DNA from: Catajapyx aquilonaris
Taxonomy: Eukaryota
NCBI GenBank assembly: GCA_000934665.2
Contig: JYFJ02000875.1
Coordinates: forward strand, 1-64,000
Length of the DNA: 64,000 nt
Direction of reading: 5' to 3'
Both the position numbers and the translations under genes were made by a program. Numbering within the stretch: position 1 is the stretch's first letter; each line of letters opens with the position of its first letter. The notes beneath the pieces are model-generated. The model saw only the letters and a list, made by a program, of their open reading frames with translations, was not told the origin of the DNA and searched no databases. Of this stretch, positions 52,317-64,000 are shown piece by piece.

Positions 52317-52430
52317 CTATGTCCAAAAAATATTTCCGGGATAATCCAAAGTAAAGATTTGAAGAGAAAATCCTGGCGTCCTGGCTCCTCATGAATATTT
52401 AGGGCTAATGGACGTCATCTGGCGAGAAGA
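52317..52430 (+). mobile_element. MITE-like dispersed repeat, copy D (partial)
   Basis: GATAATCCAAAGTAAAGAT...GAAAATCCTGGCGTCCTGGCTCCTCATGAATATTTAGGGCTAATGGACGTCA aligns with copies A-C. Confidence 0.55.
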
Positions 52431-55400
52431 CGTTAAAAAAACATAGTGGTATAAATAACTCACACCCATCAAAATTGGGCTTAATAGGCTCAATAGGGAA
52501 ATACCGTTTAAATAGTTTTAAGGCTGACATTACAAAATACAGTACCTCTCCTTTAAGAGAAAGGAGGCAACGTCATACGTCAGATATTCAAGTACCCGAC
52601 TTCAAATTTCCGCACACTTGAATATCAACTTGACCTAGACTAACCTAACCAAGCATCCCAACATAGGTAAACGTTAGTAACAAGGCTTCCCATTCTGTGC
52701 TGAAGCGCAAACCAAATTGATCTGGCCAGACTGGCAAGAAATCGTCAGCGACGGTTAGCCTAAACCAAGGAGCGGGAAATAAAGCCGCATAAAAAAGCCA
52801 GTTTGGTGGATAAAGAAAGGAAAGCCTGAAAATAATATCTAGCCTGCCCTACTTTCAAGCATCTTTTTCCTCCCGCAGTGCAATAACCCCCTTTTGTGTG
52901 TGTGCGTGTGTGCGGATATTGAGGCCAATGTGAAGAAAAGTGGAGGGGGACCCCAGTGGCTTTTGAATAGGGCCTCTCCGACTATGAAAATAGACGGTGT
53001 GGGTGGTTAGGGTTGGTGGGAGGCCTCTGCAGATAATAAAGTGCGATCGCCTGGGATATCAATTATCATTAGGTGCAGCTGTGGCGGAGTCGTCTTGGGC
53101 CAGGCCTATTAGTGTCCCAATTGCAATCCTCTTGAGCCACGAAAAAGCCCCCTTTACGCACCGCTAATAACGGCCAAGTTAGTTGAGGGGTGGCGCTATG
53201 GGTGGGGGGGTTGCAGGATGGGAAAAGGTTGTGCACGAAACTTCCCTTCTTCCCCAGCATTCTCTGGTGAAGGACTGTGGTCTATAGCCACCACCGCAGG
53301 ATGTTAATTAAGGGGGGAAAAGGAGGAGGATAGGAAGGGGGGTATGAGAAGCGTGCTCCGGCATCGGAGGGAATTTAATATCGGATGAACTTTTAGCCCA
53401 CCCTTACCCATACCATTACCCTCATGGAAGAATGAACTTCATTCCAAGAGTGGACTTGCCCCCCCCCCCCCCAAGATGAAGGAATGGCCAGTTTTTTTAC
53501 TGTTATTTTTTGGCAATATGAGGGAGGGGGGGGGGGGTTACTGATTTTACGGGGAATGTTTAGGGGTAGGGTAACTTCAGTGTGCGACTTATTAGGAGGC
53601 GGGAGGGCTGTTTGGTAGAAGCTTCATTTGACACTAAGTGCGCGGTTTGCCAGCCATTCTCTCGGTTTTATGACGGGTTTCTTTACTTTCATGTCTCGTT
53701 GAACTAATTAGAAACCATTTGTCTCTCGCTGACCGGACTTCATTACTGACCGTGGATCATACGAGGGGGTTTATGCCGAGTCGGTGCACTTTATCGGAAG
53801 GGCCTTGAGGATGGCCCCGTTTCTAACCGTTTCCACCACAAAAACTGGGCTTCCGTGAAATAACACTGCGGCTTACAGTATACTTGCAGTATCCAAAGGT
53901 CACACTCTCCTTTTCTAAACATTTTTATTTCATAACCAGTGTAGTAACGCACACCCTAGAATGCATCGTATTAAAATAACTAAGGTGTTACGTAGCAAAA
54001 GGACAAAAGGCCGCAAAGTGCGTCGTTGTAGAGTAACTGTCACTACATGTGACTCACCTTCATCCTGTTGGTGGCGTAACCTTTCCGCCTCTATTGTCGT
54101 ACGCGTGGTATAACTGGCAGGGGCACATGAGACCAATATTTATCCTGGTTATGGATGAGACCTGCAGTGCTGTACAGTTGGGCAAATTGCGAGCCAACCG
54201 GGAGCTCTTAACATGCCCGTTGATTATTCTCGCTCTCCCTATCGAAAAAGGAGCCATCACACCGAATAAACCGCCGATAACAGACCTATACATTGTTCAG
54301 CAGTAGAGTACATGCACTAAAAAACCTAGTTGGCCAACCGCCTTTCAGGCGAAGTTTGAACAGCGGTTTGACCTATGGCACGTGCAGCACTTTTTTCCTT
54401 TGTTGAAATGAAAATCTAGCACTTGAAAAATCGCATCAGCCTCTTTTTTAATTGTTATGCTTTAGGCCATTTTGACCCGGATGCTGGTGTTCGAGAGGAC
54501 CAAATATGAGACGAACTGGCCATGTCAATTTTTGTTTTTAGATCTACTTAGTATGCCAGACCAGAGTCCAAAAGGACCATCCGTCAGAAGGTCGACATTG
54601 GGATAAATCTAGTTTCTGCACCGTGTGTGCGCACTGCTTGATAGGGTTTGACTTAGTGCGCGCAATGCACGATGGCATACCCGAGGTAACGTCTCTACAA
54701 ATGAGTTTTCCCTGTCCCACTTTGATCCTTACTTCTTCCGTGTAATTATATCATTTTAAAACTCGAGCTGGTTTTACCCTCGTTTGAGAACCAACGTCCA
54801 CTGATCATCCAGTGCTGTACTTCATAGCAACGGCATTAGGGTAATATTAGAAAGAACATGCGGGCAAGTATTTTGGATTCAGAATTTCTACAGGACTGTA
54901 AAAAGGTTGTCGACTGCTGAAAATGCTGTTGGTCTAAGGAAACCGCAAACTTTAAATGTCACCTTTTAATTATTCATATCGGTCGACCTGGTTGTAATTT
55001 TTAACATCAAAATATGAAGCAAATGTCATCCTCGTATTTTTTTAAAGACTTCCATTGTAGCAGCCAGATGGCAGTATTTTCCAGTGTGACCATCCCTGCA
55101 GAAATCGGTGTTCGTTGTTCGAAGAAGACGACCTTGGCTCTAATAGATTAGTGTTGGTGGTGTCCCCGTCTCTAGAGCCGTACGTTTTGAGGCGAAATAG
55201 AGCAGTCGTTTTATTCGACGCCGGTGCCAGGTGGCCAGAGCCGTGTGGGATCGGGGAATTGGCTTTTCTTGAACCGGGGTGTACGGTTAGGGAGTGGAGG
55301 CGGGGAGAGAGCAGACCTGCTGCACGTCACATCCCCTTCGGTTTGCCGGAGAAAGGAAGAAAGGCACCAGGTAACTCGATTATTGGAAACGCTATCGAGA

Positions 55401-55462
55401 AGTTGGCGGCTTAGAAAGGTGCGAAAGTTATGGCAGGGACAATTTTTTTTGGTGCCACTTAC

Positions 55463-55819
55463 CAAATACTATCATGGTGGCTGCTCTATCATCTTCGTCT
55501 TGGATGGTATCTACCCGGCACCTGTACTCGCCGCTGAAGTACGTGGTGGGCTGGAGTATCTGCATGGCCCGGTACTTCTGGAACTCGTCGTCCGAGACCC
55601 GGTACGACAGGTTCAGCTTTCCGCCCAGAATGTCTGAGCCTTGTGGCTCCTTAGGGGGGATCCACTGATAGATGATCTTGTCGTTCAGGAACCACTGCAC
55701 CACTAAGTTGTCTTCTTCGTTGTGGAGCGAATATTCACAGTCCAGCACGACAGATTCGTTGGTCCCGTTTTTTATGACAGAGGGTACCTTTAGGTCCGTT
55801 ATTTTGATGCTGTTCACAC
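55463..55819 (-). CDS. Beat-related Ig protein, exon encoding Ig domain 1 (V-type)
   Basis: Acceptor TCTCTTTTCAG| and donor G|GTAAGT; symmetric phase 1-1 exon of 357 nt. Encodes VNSIKITDLKVPSVIKNGTNESVVLDCEYSL...LVVQWFLNDKIIYQWIP...YRAMQILQPTTYFSGEYRCRVDT...ATMIVF, with the canonical Ig C, W and G.Y.C residues and Beat-family signatures (I..L.VP, LDC.Y, YQWIP). Confidence 0.95.
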
Positions 55820-58800
55820 CTGAAAAGAGAACAACGCGATGGGGTTATTACGTGGACACCTCGCACGGATGTGAAATTATTATGCTAACCCTCCAAAATT
55901 AAGCATCATGATCACGTAGAGTCTGCTTACAAGATGGACATCATACATCATCCAGTGTCTAAAACCGTATTCAGATTGTACACACGGATGATAATCATTG
56001 CTCTGAACGGCATTATGTGATTCCTCCTTTTTTTGTATTTTTTGTGTTCCTGGCATCCTTTCCGTCAGTTCTATACTTGATGTTGGGAGAGTGCCGCCTG
56101 GAGAGTCATGGCCACGATCCATCATGATCGACCTGTAAGTTGATGACAGTGCCTTGAGGAAAGCTGCCTTCGGAGTACGTAATCTTTTGTCTCTAATAAT
56201 ATTTGCTCAAAGACTGAACACAGGCTTCCTTCTGATTTATTTTCCTACCTAATATCTGATCATCCTGTGTAAATATAATCGGTAACCTCATAGTAGCAAG
56301 AAAATCGTCACACTTTTATATTAATTGTATAAGTACCTTATAAATGATATTATTAGTGTTACTATAAATTTTAGTACTCCATACAGGATTATTTATAATA
56401 ATTCAAACAAACTTCTAGGGCATAATTATAGGGCTAGAGGATCATGTATGCAAAGGTGTCCGTTGATCTTAGCAGCCGTGCTACCAGTTTTACTCACAAT
56501 CTGTCTTTCTATATATGACATTGCTATATTAAATTTAAATATATATGTTATTATGCAATATTAATATAATCTGCTCTCTCGTTTCATATAGCAAGGATAG
56601 ATGCAGAGTCAGTGTAGCCGAGACTGTGGAAATGTCATAAGCTGAGTCCGCGATAGAGGAGGTGGCATAAGCACCCTTTGATTAATGATATAATTTGCCT
56701 AGTAACGAGGCTGCAGAGATCAAACGCCACCTGTACGTAAAAATTAACAATTGATGATTGGGTGTCAGCCCTAAAGGTTTTTCGGGTTGATTATGAAACA
56801 TCCTCTATTTTACTGCTACCTTGACATGGTCCGATCAATTTGATATGTATACAGGATGTGACATCATTGACTCCCGAAGTAAGTGCGTTTTGACGGGCAG
56901 AGCAGAGGGAACTAATGCTGTTTGGGACTGATGAAACGCTGCTTTTGACGTACGTTTTTGCATGAAAAATAATGCCGTTTTCAAGCAGCTGATTTTGTTA
57001 GGAAACACCACCTGTGGAGATCATTTTGGCAGGAGTTGTTTAAAATTGGCCGAAAGCGAAATTATTGCTCTTGGCAATGCAGTTTCCCAATTACCATATA
57101 ACAGGATAATTATAATTTTTCATTTGCAAGAATCTAGTGTTAGTAGCAATCTTACTGTTAGTGCATATCTGTTGCTTATGAACTATCAAGTTACAAATAA
57201 GTACTTCTCTCCCTGGTAGAATCGGACGAGGAGGGCTGAAATAAAATATCTTCACCAGCAGTTCATTGAAATTGTCGAGGACTGAACAATGTGACCCCAT
57301 GATATGCAGGGAGTGAATATTTTGCCCATGCAGGTTATTCCATACTGTGGTAACAAATAGTTGTTATTACTACAGAGCCAGCCCTGGAACATGGGTAGAG
57401 TGTTGTTTTTGGAGGGTGTGAAACTGGTTATACGAATTGTTTTGGAGGGGGTTCATGAATGATGCGCTAGGGCCGGATGAAGTCAATACTTATTAACGAC
57501 CTAGTGTCAGAGCCAGAATTAAATAATTCCGGACGAGCGGTATGAAATTGCTTTGTCACGATTGATTAGTAAAGGGGGACCTAATATATAATCGATGAAT
57601 TAGCCTTTTAGTTCAAATTCCATTATAGATGCTTTTGTGGGAAAAATGATTCCATTTACGTTTCCCAACTTCCAATGTTTGACAGGTTCTCTTCGGTTAA
57701 CGAGTTTTTACACTCTGCAGTATTGAATATCGCTCATATAAAGCTTCAATGCTACGCAGTATAAACCTGCTGGTTCGCGTCACACGAACAAACACAATCA
57801 CAAATTAATGGTTGCGGTGTAATGATGGCTGAGCCGAACAGTTTCAGCAAACCGAGTTGAATTGCATGAAGTGATATTGAAATTTAAAATTAGATACATG
57901 TCATCAACTTGAAGGAATGAAGTGTCTATTGGTTATTGGAAAGGAAAAAAAAACACAATCAGCCATTAGGTTACGTAGGTATTTGCTCTCGATTTTCTTT
58001 TTGTGTTATGTGCCCTTAATGTCACATACAAGTGATTAGAGGTATTAACTAATAAGACTCTATAATGTGTACAAAAAAAAACCTGGCTTAAAGTAGCGCC
58101 CGTAGCTGAAGTAGCTTATTGTCAGTAGTTCAAATCTCTCGAGCTGAAGTTGAGCTTTCATGATATTGCGAGGCCCTTAAGCACCAGTCTCCTCCATGCA
58201 GTAGAAAGAAAACTAGATTTTACTTCAAATACACTACGGACATCGGATGAAATATATAAAAAACCTCCAGCAACTCGTTACAATGATACTGTTATCATTA
58301 TCTTAGAGATCAACGTGATTCTTGCATATACTACTACGAGGTCGAATTCACCTGGAGGGCGCATCTTCAAAACTCAATTTTCCACCCGAGCTGACTACCA
58401 AGTTCATGAATATCGGTAATGCCATTAAAAATGAATATATACTCAGTGACGTAGCTCAGTGCTGGAGAGTGAAGCGACGATGGCATGATGAGTAAATCCA
58501 TAATTTTGATGTGCGGAAGATTTTTTGAGTTCTTGTGCAGGGGTGTAATAGAGCAATGAATCGATTTATCGATTTGTTAGGCCACGTTAATCAGTTGCTT
58601 TTAAAGTGAGATGAAATGTGTGCTCTATTGGATTCTGATTAAATCGTTGCCCTCACCCCATCCCCTCCTATATTGAATTATGGTAACGCATTGCACGTCC
58701 TCATAAAAAATACCGAGGGAGGGAAAAAAAACACACGCTTCTGAGCAAGGAAGAGGCATAATTAGGGTTAGTCCCTCCCACATGAAGGCTACGACGTGCA

Positions 58801-59600
58801 AAGTTATTTACGTGCACCTGACGTGTTTCTTCGCTTCTGCTTCCCTGTGCAAACTCAAAGTGACATGAGGCCCCACCGTCAAAGGACACCCGCCACCTTG
58901 AGGGACGTGACCTGAAAGATGAGACCCGGAATGGAAGTTGATCTAGACAAAGATGGCCGACGCTCCCTGGACACTTGGGGAAGGTGGTGAGAACGGTTTC
59001 CACTGGCTTGATGAAAAAACCATACGCCTTAGAAGAAGAAAAACAACTTCTAAGACATCCGACCATAAAGCTATTTAGACCAAAAATAAGCCGTTTCTAA
59101 ATGTGGACCGAGCATGTCTTCCATATATGAAAATGGTAGTTAAATTTTGCTCCCCACAGGTGATAAGAGAGGCTTGCCTTGAAAGCGTGACAGGTGGATA
59201 TGTCTGTTTGTAGGCTTCCATTTTGTCCTCTTTCCCCATCTCTCTAACAGCTGACAGCGTTGGCTCATATTTCCGGCGGTGCTTGTAGGGGCCTCATTTA
59301 GCGATTTGGCTGTCACATTCGTTACCAATAATCGCAGGCCATCGTTGGCTGCCGTGTTTGGAGCGGATGAACGCACGCTCCTCGTGTGGTCACGGACAAG
59401 TAAATATCGTTGTGTACTTGTGGTGCTCAAAATGGGATAATATTACGACACCAAATATATATGCGCAAAGGCAAAGTAAATATGTGGAACAAACATTACG
59501 GTGTGAGCAAAAGGACATCGTGGGGAGAAGAAGTTATGGTATAGACAAATAGCATTATGGTAGGCCTATGAGGAAACTATTAGTCACTTGTCTCAGTTCG

Positions 59601-59638
59601 ACGTTGCGCTGTTTCAAGTAAACTAAACAGCGCAATGT
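59601..59638. repeat. 14-bp inverted repeat with 10-nt loop
   Basis: ACGTTGCGCTGTTT / AAACAGCGCAATGT, with one G-T pair. Confidence 0.7.
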
Positions 59639-60738
59639 AAAAAATTCCGGAACAGCGACGCTATCTCATGGCCGTTACTATAACTACTAGACCCTGTGGC
59701 CCTACACAGTGAAGCGTCACGAAAGCGGCCACTTCTATTGGCTAAAGGACTTGAGTCCGCTTGATTGTGAAGGGGCGAAGGAAAATGTAGGTGGAAGATA
59801 CGGTAGTTTTCGCCCCTGGTGCTAGACAGCCACTGATCTGGAATTGCTTTATGTTGTGTTGTTTATTCGAGACAAAGGCTCGACTGGGACGAGCCGAGGG
59901 AGACAAATGACGGTCAGTTTCCCCATACCAAAGTGAGTAAAATTCAAACAGGTGGCCTCGTTTTGCCTTTTTCTGCTCCGAAAATATTTTGTCTCGTGGT
60001 ACTAACATAAGGTGGTTGTGAGGTGCATAATAATGTGAAGGAGAAAAGTAGAACCTAAAGTTGAAAAAAATTGACAGTCAACTGAGATACAGAGTTCGAA
60101 ATATTTGGAATGTGAACATTTTTCAATCTTAATGCTTATAGCAATGCTAATGAAGCCTAATTTTAATGGGGGCATCTTGATGTTTAAAAGCAGCATATAA
60201 TAAAATCGATGGTTGTGCAATACACTTTTTGTCTACGATCAATGTAGATAACCCTTTGTGGGGTAAAACTAGGATAATCTTACCAGTGTCAAGGTTCGCT
60301 TTTGTAAACAAGATGAAACTCACAAATTGGCCGCATTATATTAACAAAATTTGGCAGTTTACAATATCTTCCTGTCGTCCTTTTAAGTTAAATAATGGTA
60401 CATTCGCACTAATTAGACAGCTTCATTTCACAGTCAGTTTATATCCCCTATTTTGCAATATATTTGAGCTTTCACTTTTTTCCTACCAGAGGAAAACAAG
60501 CGTCTTTGGACGAAAGTAATTTGGGAAAAGTAATGTGATATCTATGTCACAACTTGTAGACTTTAGCGAGTTTTTGGTTAGCCTTTTTTCGAAACACACA
60601 ATACTCCACGCCAATTACTGCCTCTTGAGAAAGTTTAGAAAGCAAGCTATATGAGTGTTTTTTAACGGATCATGTTTTCTCCTTGTCTCCAACCTATGTA
60701 CTGTCACAGAACCCTTGTTCTTTGTTAGTAAGCTTTTG

Positions 60739-60813
60739 CCACGCAAACAACCCTACACAAAGCGTCTCAAGTGAGCAGGTCAATGGCCGTAATCCGCCTT
60801 GTTGCCTCACCTT
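60739..60813. promoter_or_regulatory. Duplicated non-coding module, copy 1 (putative cis-regulatory element)
   Basis: Homologous to 62206-62285, with identical 18-mer CACAAAGCGTCTCAAGTG (60756-60773). The duplication is directly visible; the regulatory role is inference. Confidence 0.45.
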
Positions 60814-62205
60814 CCTCATTCAATAAGAATAACCTTTATGTATACCTGTAGGCTATCTTAATTTTACGAACACTACTGCTAATATGTCGATGACTAACGT
60901 CTTGTTAATACAGTACTTTAAAGTTTAAACGGTTGAGAATAGACTGGACCCTATTATCATTTTTTCCAATATCTTTCTGAAACTCTATACAGATAGTCCG
61001 TTTGAGCACACCATGACTGATATTCTTGCGCATATGAGGCATATTTGGTTTCGTAATATCTTCCTATTTTCATCGCCATAAGTACTCGAAATCCCATATT
61101 GTTGCTGGTCCTCGAGCATCTCACAGGCCTTTAATTTGGGGGCATCTTTAGCACGTACAAAAGTCGAAATGGAAGCTGCCTGCCGCGAAATTTACTGCCG
61201 ACCCCAAGTGATAAGACAATTGTTTTTTTGTTTTTTTGGAAAGGGCCGTTGGAAATTTGCTGGGAAAATGTGGTCTGCCTTCACCACCTGCTGCCTAATC
61301 TTCATTACCGAGTTGGGCGGATAGGGGGTGGAGGTGGATGGGGGCAAGTTGTAAAGAATGGAGTAAGATTTGATATGCTAATAAATGTGGGCGGCTGCCT
61401 CTGCAACCATGGCTGACAGGTGCGGAAAAGAGGCCTGCCATGAAACGTGGCATCGTGAATATAATGTCGGCCATTAATCGAATGGGTTGCAGTGAGGGGT
61501 GGGGGGTGCTCCCCGTGATGAAACAAATGTGAGCGCTGTAATAAATTCTGGCCGGTTGGAACTGGACTGTCGCATCGCCAGCCACAGTCGGGGATGTTTT
61601 GGGGGAACGGAGGTTTTGTTCAATTTCCACAGCTTGACAATATTTCCAGTAAAGCGTGGAAATCAACATCCGCGCAGAATAGAGTGTATATCACTTTCCA
61701 GCGGCGAAACGCCTAATGGTGGCGCACAGTGTGAACCACACTCATACAAACCAGGTGAAAGAAGGCAGAAGAGAACCTGCACCTCTCAACCCCTCTGCAT
61801 TATGTTCATTAAATAATGTGGAAGGATGGGTCAAACAAGATCGGCAGTCATTAGTGTCAGCAATCAGGGCTTATTTTCCCATCCACACCTTTATTATAAC
61901 GTTGGGCTGCGCCGGTTTAATGCCTGTAATTAGCCGCGTAGTGTTAGTTTCCATAATATGTACCGGTAGTGACACAATTTATTAGCGTAATTGCAGTGTA
62001 GTGTATAGTGCGAAAACAGCTCGAGGGGATGGGAGTTATACACTATTCTTTTTCGGTGTGTTTGCCTAGCCCAGTTTCTTTTCTAGCCCATGTAGCTCCT
62101 GGGCTGTCCGAAGAGGAAGAAAAACAAAGGCTGGCAAAGGGCTTAGTAACTTTTATTGAGAAACAAGAGCCGGTAACATTCAGCACACACGGCTGGCTGG
62201 ACACT

Positions 62206-62285
62206 CCAGGCAAACAGTCCGGCACAAAGCGTCTCAAGTGTGGACCAGGTCAACGGCCATGATCCTACGGTCGTTGCCCCATCTT
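62206..62285. promoter_or_regulatory. Duplicated non-coding module, copy 2 (putative cis-regulatory element)
   Basis: Homologous to 60739-60813, with the identical 18-mer at 62223-62240. Confidence 0.45.
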
Positions 62286-64000
62286 GCAAAATGTTTTCGG
62301 TGTATTAATGACGCTTACACGGCCTGGGAAGTCCCACAGTTGGCCACCATGTTTTTTTGTGTTGGCAATCCACTTTGTTTTTTACCGCAAGAGGTCGGTG
62401 GGTGTATTGCCAATCTCTATTTGTGGCGCCCTCGTTGAAGAAGGCGTCATCTTTGGCGCCATTGTGCGGCCAGGGTGAAATGTGTGAATAGGTTGTCTGC
62501 TTCCTTAGTTCTGAATCGCATGTTCCGTCCCAGGAGGGTTAGAGAGCCTCACGAAGCGGTTTCATTCCGTCTCCGAGAAGGAAAACGTTTTCCAATAACG
62601 GCGGTTGTTGTGTGTGGTGCAATACCGCGTCCAAGACGATCCTGCGCGCGCATGTGTCAAAATGCGGAGGATCTACTCTACGAAATGTCATCCCAAAATT
62701 AGAATTGCGCCTTTTTTGGTCCCGTGGACCCCGTCTCTCCAAATGGGATTGATGTCTTGTGGTGCTCTCCGAATGCTGTTGCGACTGTCATCAACTTACC
62801 GAGTGAAAACTGTGCTCCCGAGTGCATCACTTTGTTGCCATCTTGCCTTTCAAACTGGGTTTCAATGGCTGCGTCAAATTCTTTTGGCATGACATTATAA
62901 AGTCCGCGCAAGACATGCTAAAGCTTTCAGCCTACAGGGAGTTTTGTCAAAGCTTTTTAGACACCCTACGCCTGGACAGGAAACTCAATACTGCCATCTG
63001 ATGGAGCAATTTTTTAACCTTTCAGGGCCAGTCTAGTCTCGACATGTCGTCGTGGATGGCACGAAACTTGGTAAGTGCCTCTTTTTTAGCAGCATTTTTT
63101 TGTGTATCTGGATGTGACCATAGAATTATGGCCAGTATTTCCTGCCAAGAGTAGAACATCAATTCTCTTCAGGTCAGAGTTAGAAATGGGGGCAATAATT
63201 GCACAGTGTAATGGTCTGAGACGATAGCATTGGCACGATATTTGCTTGCTTGGCAGTTTAAAAAAAAACTGCATCCGTGGAATATGTAGAATCAGCCAAA
63301 TGCATGTTCTGGTAAACCTCAACTTGGTGGGCACCATATCAGGCTTATATACACGCTGGGTCTATCTCCCAGCTGAGTTTGATGGCCCCTACATTTTGGC
63401 TGCTCATCGCGCAATAAATCTGGAAAACAAAGCATCAAATTTTACCGTTTGGATTTTTATGCGGACCATCCTTGAGATGGAAAATGATAACTTCCGCACA
63501 ACAAAATTCGGAGTGCGCCTATTATATTCCCACAAGAACAGTGCAGAGAGCATTGGCGCAAGGCATCATGTGTAATCAGCAGGAAATGGTGCCCATCATA
63601 TAGACTCGGTGCCGCAGCAGTCGGAGGGAACTCCCGAATTATAGGCCAATAAATTTTATCACGAAGAGAATGTTCAGACAACTCAAACCAGAGCGCGATA
63701 TCGTACGGTAGGGGACGGCTCGTGGGGATGGCCGCCTTCACGCAAGTTATAACTTGCCCATGAAGAGTCTAATTACACCCTGGTTGTTTTATCCCTCAGA
63801 ATTTTAACTGTGTAACCGTATATATGCTGAATTGGAATCGGAAGGAGGCAGAATGTGGCTTGACAGAGGGCCACAAGATGGAGCTGCTATATAAATGTGT
63901 TTCCGCAGGTGTCAGGCGCATCTCTCGGATGATGTATTAGGCATGGTGGGTTCCCAGATATCTCAGGGTTGAGGGCATGGAATGGAGAATATAACAGCGA

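Noticed and set aside
55115..55902. Plus-strand ORFs overlapping and adjacent to the Ig1 exon
   Set aside because: Antisense shadows of the real minus-strand exon, or chance ORFs with no domain features.
62800..62890. Minus-strand ATG-initiated segment ending at a strong phase-1 donor (CG|GTAAGT) as first exon of the Beat-like gene
   Set aside because: The encoded MPKEFDAAIETQFERQDGNKVMHSGAQFSL has no hydrophobic signal peptide. The true first exon is probably outside the window.
1..64000. CRISPR arrays, operons, rRNA, or intact viral/transposase ORFs
   Set aside because: No regularly spaced repeat-spacer array and no long ORF; the architecture is that of a spliced eukaryotic gene with repeat-rich introns.

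Overview
This is eukaryotic, intron-rich genomic DNA, most likely from an arthropod (inferred from the gene family and SINE types). It shows no prokaryotic systems: no CRISPR array, operon, rRNA or intact tRNA gene. The only protein-coding gene I can support is on the minus strand. Three GT-AG exons (55463-55819, 40410-40539, 39557-39729) splice in frame into about 220 aa with two Ig domains of the Beat (beaten path)-related family. The middle exon is absent from the ORF track, and the signal-peptide and C-terminal exons could not be assigned. The rest is intronic or flanking DNA containing short mobile elements: three different tRNA-derived SINEs, an RTE-5'-end-derived short retroelement with a 14-bp TSD, a decayed Jockey-like LINE end, an internally deleted mariner, pogo-, hAT- and Tc1-type MITEs, and a six-copy local MITE family. 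There are also micro- and minisatellites. Nearly all other ORFs in the track look spurious. The most intriguing unexplained signals are a duplicated ~75-bp putative enhancer module, a decayed hammerhead-ribozyme-like motif, a stem-rich GC segment with loose twister-like order, a 110-bp near-perfect palindrome and a pre-miRNA-sized intronic hairpin. All of these are hypotheses that need computation or experiment.
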